Shown in pieces: positions 55,792 through 64,000 of a stretch of DNA of 64,000 nt. Every line of letters starts with the position of its first letter. The first letter of the stretch is position 1. Location: the NCBI GenBank assembly GCA_963695895.1, contig CAVOIK010000014.1, forward strand, positions 6,412 to 70,411, in the 5' to 3' direction. Source of the stretch: an uncultured delta proteobacterium (GTDB lineage: Bacteria > Desulfobacterota > BSN033 > UBA1163). A model generated the notes under the pieces. It was not told where the DNA came from and did not search any database. It saw nothing but the letters and a program-made list of their open reading frames with translations. A program made the translations under genes and the position numbers.

Positions 55792-57091
55792 CTAATAGAG
55801 ATGTTCTCCTTTTTTGGAAAATTTCTGGAAGCCTTCTTTGTTCTGAGCTGCCGCTGCAATCCGCTTGACCCCTTCTCTGAGGGATTCCGTATCCGTGGCG
55901 ATGGAGATCCGTAAATAGTGGAGGTCTTCGGTTCCGATTCGTCCGAACGATTTTCGGTCCAGAGTCGCTACTTGGTACTCATAAAGGAGGAACAGTTGAA
56001 AAAGGGTTGAGGGACTCGTCTTCTTCTGGATATCCGAGGGAAGGCTTCGGTAGGCGTCAAAAATACCTAATTGTTCGCAGACGCCACGGATATTCGGAAA
56101 AACATAGAAGGCTCCCTTCGGGTTCTGGCAAGTGAATCCCTTTGATGGCATTGAGGCCGCTCACCACCAGATCTCTCCGTTCCTGAAAGGCGCTCACCAT
56201 CTTTTGAATCGCGCCCCGGCTCAAAGGAGACTCAATGCCTAGACGGGCTCCCTCCTGATTGTAAGCGGCGGTGCAGGAGAAATAGTTGATGTTGAGGTTC
56301 TTGAAGATTTCGGCCTCCTCCACCGTCGGGAAAAGAGCCCAGCCGATTCGACCTCCGGTCCAGGAAAAACTTTTCGATGCTCCGCTCACCAGGACCGTTT
56401 TCTTTTCCATCCCCGGGTAGGAGATGATGCTGTGATGCTCGGCCCCATCGAAGAGGATATGTTCGTAAACCTCATCGGAGAAGATGCGGATATCATCGGA
56501 GCATTTCTTCCGAATCACCTCAGCGATCTCTTGAAGTTGACCTTTGGAAGCCACCCCTCCTGTGGGGTTGGATGGAAAGTTAAGAAAGATCATCTTCGTC
56601 TTCTTGTTGAGCAAGGGAGCCAGTTCCTGACCTGAGAGGCTGAAGTTCTTCTCCTCCTGCAAATGAATGGGAACGGGTTTAGCCCCGACATAATTGATGA
56701 AGGATTCATAGATAGGAAAGGCGGGACTGGGATAGACGACCTCATCTCCTGGATCGCAGTAAGTCTGCTGACAAAAGCCAATGGGAGGCTTTGCACCCGG
56801 GAAGACAACGACGCGCTCAGGAGTCGCTTGAATTCCCCGTGTCTCGCTCAGATGCTTCGCAATGGCTTTGCGAAGAGGAAGAATTCCCTGAGGATCGCAG
56901 TAATGGGTATTGTCGAGATCAATCTGTCTCTTGACCTCTTCCTTGATGTGTTGGGGCACAGGAAAATCGGGCTCTCCCAGATTGCACTTGATGACCTTTT
57001 TCCCCTGATCCTCCAGCCACTTGATTTGCGGCCCTATTTTGAATGCATTCTCTGTATCGATGAGTCCAATGCTCTTTGATAGCAAACTCAT
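55792..57091 (-). CDS. Class I/II PLP aminotransferase; frameshift near 56135
   Basis: GEPDF, NFPSNPTG, DEVY, SKSFSWTGGRIG, PKGAFY.FPN. Confidence 0.9.
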
Positions 57092-57172
57092 AGTAGCCTC
57101 CTTGTTAAAACGGCGACGCTACGTGCCGATAAAGCAAAGCAATAATCCTGGCTTGTTCCGAGACTTGAACAT

Positions 57173-57213
57173 AAAAAAAGGAGGAAGACGATTAACCTCA
57201 ATCGTCTTCCTCC
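57173..57213 (-). terminator. Riboswitch expression-platform terminator
   Basis: Minus strand ggaggaagacgatt/aatcgtcttcctcc followed by a T run; 5' arm overlaps aptamer 2 P1. Confidence 0.8.
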
Positions 57214-57434
57214 TGTCTTTTGACCTGAGAGATTATCCCTAAATGATTCAGGGTTTTCCCCGTCGGTGTCCAACCCGTCGGCTTAGGCTCGGGGTAAACC
57301 CTGAGCAAAGTCGAAGGGCTGAATCTTTCCAGGATGTGACCTGAGTTACAGTCCTTTTGCCTGAGAGTTTCATCCTGATTCCAGGATTTGCCCCTTCGGC
57401 GCCCCCTCTTTTTAATGGGGGTCTCTCCTGTAAC
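57211..57434 (-). promoter_or_regulatory. Tandem glycine riboswitch
   Basis: Aptamer 1 ACAGGAGAGA..CGCCGAAGG.GCAA..CTCTCAGGCAAAAGGACTGT; aptamer 2 CTGGAAAGA..CACCGACGGG..CTCTCAGGTCAAAAGACAG; upstream of gcv genes. Confidence 0.92.
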
Positions 57435-57442
57435 CTACAAAC

Positions 57443-57471
57443 ATCTTATTACTGTTTGAAAATCATGTCAA
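57443..57471 (-). promoter_or_regulatory. Sigma70 promoter of the glycine operon
   Basis: TTGACA-N17-TAAGAT directly upstream of the riboswitch. Confidence 0.7.
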
Positions 57472-57489
57472 GAAACGATCTCAAGCCTC

Positions 57490-58002
57490 CTATTTTCTGA
57501 GAAAGACAACCTCCTCAAGGCCCTTTCGCTCTCCTTCACCTCCGCTTTCCGCCGGGTAGCCAATAGCAAATACAGCCATCAGCTCAAACTTTTCAGGAGC
57601 ACCACACGTTTCTCTCACCTTCTCTTTGTTCTTAAGGATTTGTCCGATCCAGGTGGCTCCCAGCCCCAAGCTGTGGAGCGCCAGCCACATGTTCTGAAGG
57701 CAGGCTCCCATGGCTCTGAGCATCCTTGATCGTGTCAAACGTCACATTATGGTCGAGAAACACGGGGATGATCACGGGTGCATTGTTCACAATCTCGGTC
57801 TGATGGTTTCGTTTGCCAATCTCGGCTTTCAGTTTCTTGTCCCGGATCACCGCAAAGCGCCAAGGCTGATTGTCCATACCCGAGGGCGCCCAGATTCCGG
57901 CAGTCAGGATCTTCTCGATGATATCATCGGGAACATCTTTGTCTTTGAAACTTCCGAATACTTCTGCGCGTCCGAATCGCCTCTAGTACTTCCACGAGAC
58001 AT
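57490..58002 (-). CDS. Nitroreductase family protein; frameshifts
   Basis: IRTRRSIRKF, WAPSGMDNQPWRF, QNMWLALHSLGLG, IGYP. Confidence 0.85.
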
Positions 58003-58301
58003 TCCTCCTCTTAAAAAAGTCATTAAGTTATTGGTCAATAAGTCATTACAGACATAATTATTGAGGTATTAACCAGCAAGCTGTCAAGACCCAAGTACTG
58101 CTGTCATGTTGTTTGTCATTAAGCCATGATGATCTTAATGACGAATGACTCAATGACCGATGACCCAATGCTCCTTGTCTTCTTCCCTCGCGGTTCTGTT
58201 TTCTGAAATTTTCTGAGATTTGAATTGAAAAATTCTGAATGGGGTGGTAAAGTTTTAGAAGAGGGTGTTTCTCAGCAAAGAGTTAAGCAATATTTCTCAC
58301 C

Positions 58302-60614
58302 ATGTCCTTCATGAAAGAGGAGCAAAAAGTAATGGGTTCGATTCATCTGACAGACAACGCACTGACGGTGCTTCAGAAACGATATCTGAAGCGGGATCTT
58401 GAAGGAAATGTGGTCGAAACACCGGAGGACATGTTTGGCCGTGTGGCAAGGAATCTTGCGCAGGCCGATCGCCTCTACGATCCTCAGGCGAATCTCGACG
58501 CCACGTCAGAAGAGTTCTACAGTCTCATGACCTCGCTCGACTTCATGCCCAACTCCCCCACGCTCATGAATGCGGGGAGAGAGCTTCAACAACTCTCGGC
58601 CTGTTTTGTCCTTCCTGTCGGCGACTCCATGGAAGAGATCTTCGATGCGGTGAAACAAATGGCCCTGATTCAGAAGAGTGGAGGAGGAACGGGCTTTTCT
58701 TTTTCAAGAGTTCGACCCAGGAACGATGTCGTGGGTTCCACTCAAGGGGTGTCGAGCGGTCCCGTCTCCTTCATGAGAGTCTTTGATGCTGCGACAGAAA
58801 CGGTAAAGCAGGGAGGAACCCGTAGGGGTGCGAACATGGGCATCCTTCGAGTGGATCATCCTGATGTTCTCGATTTCATTCAATGCAAAGAAGGAGATCA
58901 TCATCTCAACAACTTCAACATTTCCGTTGCCGCGACCGATGAATTTATGGAAGCAGTGAGAAAAGGGGTGGATTACTCTCTTCGCAATCCGAGATCGACC
59001 GAACCCGTCCGGACCCTCCATGCTCGGGACGTCTTCGACAAAATAGTTTTCCACGCCTGGAAAAACGGGGATCCTGGGATTATCTTTATCGATCGGATCA
59101 ATCGGGAGAACCCAACGCCTCAGATCGGCCAGGTAGAGAGCACCAACCCTTGTGGTGAACAACCACTCCTTCCTTATGAATCTTGCAACCTGGGATCCAT
59201 CAATCTCGCCAATATGGTGAGGAATGGAAAGGTAGACTGGGAAAGACTCGGTTCCGTGACCGAGAGAGGAGTCCATTTCCTGGACAATGTGATCGACATG
59301 AATCGATACACCCTTCCTCAGATCGAAGCCATGACGAAGGCGAATCGGAAGATCGGATTGGGTGTGATGGGTTTTGCCGATCTCCTCATCCGCCTGGGAA
59401 TCCCCTATGACGGCCTGGAGGCTTTGAAGCTGGGCGAAGAGATCATGGCCTTCATCCAAGAGCGAGGGAGAAAAGGGTCCAGAGAATTGGCGTTGAAACG
59501 AGGATCATTCGCCAATTTCAACGGCAGCGTTTTGAACGGCCAATGGGATGCGATGAGAAATGCCACCGTCACAACGATTGCCCCTACGGGGACGATTTCG
59601 ATCATTGCAGGGGTGTCTTCGGGAATTGAACCTCTCTTTGCTGTGGCCTTCAAACGACATGTCCTCGACGGGAAGGAGCTTGTGGAGGTCAACCCTCTCT
59701 TTGAGGCGATGGCCTGGCGCGAAGGGTTTTACTCTGAAGAGCTGATGAAAAAGATCGCTCAGGATGGAAATGTTCAAGAACTGGACGAGGTTCCCGAAAA
59801 GATCAGACAGCTTTTCGTGACCGCTCACGATATTTCTCCGGAAGATCACATCCAGATGCAAGCGGCATTTCAGAGGCACACCGATAACGCTGTTTCGAAA
59901 ACGGTTAATTTCCCCGAGGATGCTTCCGTGGATGAAGTGGCGAAGGTTTACGAGCTTGCCTATGAGCTGGGGTGTAAAGGCGTGACCATTTATCGAGACC
60001 GAAGCCGCGCGGTCCAGGTGCTTTACAAAGGTGTGGCAGAGGCCGGTCAGGAGAAATTGAAGGCTGAAGTGGTAGTCACCGTCGTCGAAAAAGGACCCCG
60101 GGCTCGACAGGATGTCATCCATGGATCGACCCGAAAAATCCGCACGGGGTGCGGCAATCTTTACGTGACCGTGAACGAAGATGAGGATGGGAATCCTTTC
60201 GAGATCTTCAACCAGATCGGTAAAGCAGGAGGGTGCGCCGCCTCACAGTCTGAGGCCATTGGTCGTCTGGTCTCTTTGGCATTTCGGTCTGGAGTGACAC
60301 CGTTAGAGATCGTACGGCAACTCAAGGGGATCAGTTGTCATACCCCCGTTTGGTATCGCGAGGGGAAGGTTCTCTCCTGTGCCGATGCAGTCGCCAAAGC
60401 CATCGAGTGGCATCTTCAGGAAGAAAACGGAGTTGCCGGCGTCCGAGGAACAGGAAACTCCATCCCCAATAACCGAGCCCATAGAGAAGTAAGTCTTCCA
60501 ATAGACAATACGATCCCCATCTTTCAAAGAGGGGCTTGTCCAGAGTGTGGAGGCCCCTTGATCTTCGAAGAAGGATGCGTGAAGTGTTTGTGCGGTTATT
60601 CGGATTGTGGATAA
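58302..60614 (+). CDS. nrdJ: Vitamin B12-dependent (class II) ribonucleotide reductase with TSCPD domain
   Basis: PNSPTLMNAG, LSACFV, TNPCGE, TIAPTGTIS, AVSKTVN, C-terminal CPECG..EGC..CGYSDC. Confidence 0.95.
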   Translation: MSFMKEEQKVMGSIHLTDNALTVLQKRYLKRDLEGNVVETPEDMFGRVARNLAQADRLYDPQANLDATSEEFYSLMTSLDFMPNSPTLMNAGRELQQLSACFVLPVGDSMEEIFDAVKQMALIQKSGGGTGFSFSRVRPRNDVVGSTQGVSSGPVSFMRVFDAATETVKQGGTRRGANMGILRVDHPDVLDFIQCKEGDHHLNNFNISVAATDEFMEAVRKGVDYSLRNPRSTEPVRTLHARDVFDKIVFHAWKNGDPGIIFIDRINRENPTPQIGQVESTNPCGEQPLLPYESCNLGSINLANMVRNGKVDWERLGSVTERGVHFLDNVIDMNRYTLPQIEAMTKANRKIGLGVMGFADLLIRLGIPYDGLEALKLGEEIMAFIQERGRKGSRELALKRGSFANFNGSVLNGQWDAMRNATVTTIAPTGTISIIAGVSSGIEPLFAVAFKRHVLDGKELVEVNPLFEAMAWREGFYSEELMKKIAQDGNVQELDEVPEKIRQLFVTAHDISPEDHIQMQAAFQRHTDNAVSKTVNFPEDASVDEVAKVYELAYELGCKGVTIYRDRSRAVQVLYKGVAEAGQEKLKAEVVVTVVEKGPRARQDVIHGSTRKIRTGCGNLYVTVNEDEDGNPFEIFNQIGKAGGCAASQSEAIGRLVSLAFRSGVTPLEIVRQLKGISCHTPVWYREGKVLSCADAVAKAIEWHLQEENGVAGVRGTGNSIPNNRAHREVSLPIDNTIPIFQRGACPECGGPLIFEEGCVKCLCGYSDCG

Positions 60615-60681
60615 GAGAAGCGTGGACACGTCGGGCCGCTCTGACGGGGGAGAAATGGAAACGGAGTTTGGCAGATTTTCA

Positions 60682-60916
60682 GTACCCCGTCAGTGACTGG
60701 GTCACGCGGTCGTCCACGGAGGTCGACCTACTCCGTCCTCGCGTTTCAGAGGCGGAACTTCACAGGTGAGCCTAATGAGCCTCTGGACTTTGATGGACGA
60801 TGGTTTGCCAAGGATCGCGAGGAGGTCCTTCGCCGTAGGATCCGCCACTGAACCGCTGCGGGTGAGCAGGTCAACCTCCGTGGAATTAAGGTGTGCCGTG
60901 CGGTAACTGAGGGGTT
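60682..60916 (+). ncRNA. Unidentified ~235-nt structured element, copy B (homologous to the reverse complement of 11173..11403)
   Basis: Long near-identical blocks shared with copy A and the same nested stems. Confidence 0.6.
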
Positions 60917-60970
60917 TCGGTTTTCAAATCCTGGATAGGTAGGTTCATTAACTCATGAAAGGAGGCAAGA

Positions 60971-61159
60971 ATGGCTGTTAAGAAAGCTGTAAAAAAGGTG
61001 ACGAAAAAGGTTGCTAAGAAAGGTGTGAAGAAGGGCGATGTGTACAAATGTGGCGTGTGCGGACTGGCAGTGAAGGTCGACGCCCTCTGTGGGTGTGTGG
61101 ACACCTGTGACATCGTCTGTTGCGAAAAGCAGATGAAGCCTGCGAGAAAAAGGGCTTAG
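60971..61159 (+). CDS. Small protein: Lys-rich N-terminus + desulforedoxin-like Cys domain
   Basis: AGGAGG RBS; GDVYKCGVCG...CGC..C.IVCCEKQM. Confidence 0.75.
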   Translation: MAVKKAVKKVTKKVAKKGVKKGDVYKCGVCGLAVKVDALCGCVDTCDIVCCEKQMKPARKRA

Positions 61160-61369
61160 TGGTCTGAGCGTGCCCCCGCAAGCCTTGCCTCCAGAAGCCT
61201 TGAGGAGGGCAGACGCTTCGGCGAGGGCAGGTCCAAAGTTCTCCAAAAGAGCCCTCCTTACGGGCCTGGTTGTATTTCTGCGGGGATTGGTCTTTTCACA
61301 CCTTCTCAGCGGTTACGCTCCAGAGACGATAGGCCCTGACGGCTACCAATCGAGAGTATTGATCGAAAA

Positions 61370-62989
61370 ATGATGGAAGAGATTTCCACTGATATCCTCG
61401 TCATCGGAGGAGGACTGGCCGGAGTTCTCTCTGCCTTGGAGGCAGAGAAGTCGGGCCTGGATGTCCTCATCGTGGGAAAATTTGCAATCGGCCTGGGGAC
61501 GAATACGTCCTTGGGAAGCTTTTTCACGGCTGCGAACTCACGTTTTTCCAAGCAAGATCATTTCGAGGCAACCGTAAAAGCGGGCAAAGGATTGTGCAAT
61601 GTTAATCTCGTTAAGGTTCTTGTTGAAAATGGCCCCACGGCCATAGGAGCTCTCACAGCCTATGGGGTTCCCATGATCGAAAGAGGAATCGGGTACGGGA
61701 TTGATCTACCGGAACATTCTGCCCAGCTCCCGGGAGTGGTGTTGATGAAGGGTCTTGTCGAGAGATTGCGAGGCAGTTCGACCAGACTCTTACCGGGGTT
61801 GACGATCTTCGATCTTGTCATCGAGGAAGGAAAAATTCAAGGAGCTTTTGGATTCTTCAAAGATGGGAAACCCTGTCTCATCAGGTCGAAAGCCACCGTT
61901 CTGGCAACGGGAGGAGCAGGGGCGATTTATCAGCGAAACGACAATCAGAGAAGCATCCTTGGCGATGGATACACCCTTGCCTTACGAGCCGGTCTTCCGA
62001 TTTACGACCTGGAATTCGTTCAGTATTATCCCTTCGTTCTGGCAGAACCCCGACTCTCGAGCTTCATCCTTGACGCAGAGCCCAAGGAAGGGAGGCTGAT
62101 GAACGAGAAAGGACAGGATCTTCTCGAGGTGTTGGGTATCGAGCAGAATATTCATCAAGCGATTATGACACAGAGAGATCGCCTCTCCATCTTCCTTTAC
62201 GAGGCTTCTCAAAAAGGCGATGTCTATTATGATCTAACGCAGGTTCCCGAAGAAGCATGGAGCCATTTTCCTCTCAATTTCCTGAGAAAATCAAAATTTC
62301 CTTTTCGTGAACGCCCCTTTCTGATTTCGCCCGCAGTCCACTTTTTTATGGGAGGGGTAGAGACAGATGAGAAGGGAGCGACGGGGATTCCCGGTCTCTT
62401 TGCAGCCGGCGAGGTCGTATGGGGGTTGCATGGGGCGAATCGCCATGGAGGGAATGCACTCACCGAATGTGCTGTCTTTGGGATCATTGCAGGCCACTCT
62501 GCCGCTGAATATGCCCGTCAGAGAGAAAGCCAACAAGGCCAGGGGGTCGCTCCCGAGCCCCTGACGCGGAAGTGGGAAAGGAAGGCCAATCATTACCTCA
62601 GGAGAAGGAGAGGGGTCTTCGATCACCCGAGAGATCTTTTGAAGGGGTTAAAGAGTCTTGCCTGGAAATACGCTGGACCTGTCCGCGAGGAGAAGTTTTT
62701 GAAAGAGGGTCTTGATCATTTGGTTTCTTTGGAAAAAAGAATTGAACAGGTTTACCCGGCTACTCCCAGTGAGCTTTTTCGGAAGAAGGAGCTGGAGAAT
62801 GTTAGCCTTCTCATTCGGGCGATCCTGGAAGGGAGCCTGCTTCGAACAGAAAGTCGAGGCTCGTTCTATCGCGCGGATTTCCCTCAACCGGATGATTCTC
62901 ATTGGCTCAAGCACACCTGCTACCGGTTAGAAAAAGGGGAACTCAAAATTACCCACCCACCGACGAAGCCTCCTCCATCAGTTCATTGA
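61370..62989 (+). CDS. FAD-dependent oxidoreductase, fumarate reductase/SdhA/TfrA family
   Basis: IGGGLAG, LATGG, HFFMGG, GLFAAGE..G.HGANR.GGNAL, RTESRG. Confidence 0.85.
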   Translation: MMEEISTDILVIGGGLAGVLSALEAEKSGLDVLIVGKFAIGLGTNTSLGSFFTAANSRFSKQDHFEATVKAGKGLCNVNLVKVLVENGPTAIGALTAYGVPMIERGIGYGIDLPEHSAQLPGVVLMKGLVERLRGSSTRLLPGLTIFDLVIEEGKIQGAFGFFKDGKPCLIRSKATVLATGGAGAIYQRNDNQRSILGDGYTLALRAGLPIYDLEFVQYYPFVLAEPRLSSFILDAEPKEGRLMNEKGQDLLEVLGIEQNIHQAIMTQRDRLSIFLYEASQKGDVYYDLTQVPEEAWSHFPLNFLRKSKFPFRERPFLISPAVHFFMGGVETDEKGATGIPGLFAAGEVVWGLHGANRHGGNALTECAVFGIIAGHSAAEYARQRESQQGQGVAPEPLTRKWERKANHYLRRRRGVFDHPRDLLKGLKSLAWKYAGPVREEKFLKEGLDHLVSLEKRIEQVYPATPSELFRKKELENVSLLIRAILEGSLLRTESRGSFYRADFPQPDDSHWLKHTCYRLEKGELKITHPPTKPPPSVH

Positions 62990-64000
62990 TGAACTGTGCC
63001 GTGGTGCGAATCCTGAAATTCTGCCGGCTCCGCTTGGCGTTCATGAGATTGTGGACGCAGGAGTTACACTCTGTCAGGATGATCTCGGCACCCACCTCTT
63101 CCGCTTCCTGAAGTCTCCGACGTGCCATGGCAATGGAATTCTTGGGGTAAGCACCTCTCACCCCGCCGCCTGCACCGCAACACAGCGCGTCGGCTCGGTT
63201 GTGACGCATCTCGACAAAGTTGGGTGCGATCTGTCGGATGACCTCTCGAGGCTCTTCGTAGATTCCGAGGTGTCTCCCGAGATCGCAAGGATCATGGTAG
63301 GTCACACGTTTTTCAGTCGCTACGCCGAAGCGGAATTCTCTCAGGAAGGAAATCATGGGGAGGATACGAAGCGATCTCTCCTTCAAGGCGGCATAAGAGG
63401 GATGATGCGTAAAGGTCCGAAAGCAATAGGGACAACCGGTGATCACGGTGCTCGCTCCCGTAGCCAGAATGGCATCAGTGTTTTTTTGAACCAGAGTCTT
63501 ATTTATCTCGTATCCGATGTCTTCGAGCGCGCCGCTGCAGCAGACTTCATCGATTAAGGTGAAATTGACCTGAAGGCGGTCTAATAGTTTTAAGGCACTT
63601 AACGTCGCTTCTTTCTCTCTGTAAGTGCCCACACAGCCCACAAAGTAGACGACATCGGCCTTCCTGTTCTTGTCCCTGCCGAAAATCTTCAGAATTCGTC
63701 TCGCCATAGATGTTCTTCTGTTTCTTGAGAACCTCATTCATTTCTTTCAAAGCGGGGTGGCATGAGCCGATCCCCACCATGTCTTTCCTCACTTTCCTGA
63801 TCATGTCGGGCACGGTGACACCCGAGGGACAAGTCTTTTCACAATGGCCGCAGGTGGTACACTGAAAGAGAGTTTCGATCAATTCATCGTTCAGAGGGAT
63901 TCTCTTCTCCGAGACCTCCTTCAGAATGAGCATCTTGCCGCGAGCATTGTAGGAAGGGCGGAGGGTGACACCGTAGACCGGACAGACAGCCTGGCAAAAG
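62949..64000 (-). CDS. (Fe-S)-binding protein with 4Fe-4S dicluster and two CCG domains (GlpC/HdrD-like); 5' end outside the window, frameshift near 63690
   Basis: C.AVCP, CTTCGHCEKTCP, VGC..CCSG..CPYC, YHDPC..CCGAGGG..CNSC. Confidence 0.85.

Noticed and set aside
60682-60916. Cobalamin or lysine riboswitch next to the B12-dependent nrdJ
   Set aside because: Only a GCCACTG word matches; the GGGAA/CCC and B12-box motifs are absent, the element lies downstream of nrdJ, and its second copy is beside mscL. The lysine-aptamer resemblance is limited to AGAGG.

Overview
Chromosomal 64-kb segment of an anaerobic bacterium, most likely Desulfobacterota/deltaproteobacterial (inferred from ahbD, rsmG-parA-parB-bactofilin-atp synteny and protein style). 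Many conserved genes carry 1-nt frameshifts, often in homopolymers, which look like uncorrected long-read errors rather than pseudogenisation. Housekeeping content: ahbD, HAMP histidine kinase and REC-GGDEF, polA, radA, mscL, rsmG/parA/parB, a full atpIBEFHAGDC operon whose subunits look Dehalococcoidia-like, nrdJ, and a glycine/C1 cluster (tandem glycine riboswitch > aminotransferase-gcvH-gcvPA-gcvPB-lipB-lpdA-lipA-transketolase-like, plus a GcvT-SHMT fusion). A lower-GC island (about 30.6-36.8 kb) holds an MqsR-like/Panacea toxin-antitoxin pair, hsdM tail remnants and hypotheticals. The most notable unexplained signals are non-coding: (1) two diverged copies, 49 kb apart, of a ~235-nt rod-like structured element, each upstream of a gene (mscL; a small Lys/Cys-rich protein); (2) a free-standing 175-nt structured RNA candidate; (3) a structured RBS-sequestering atp leader and a hidden single-TM microprotein inside the atp operon; (4) families of IS200/IS605-end-like miniature elements and nested REP-like palindromes, one inside the glycine riboswitch.
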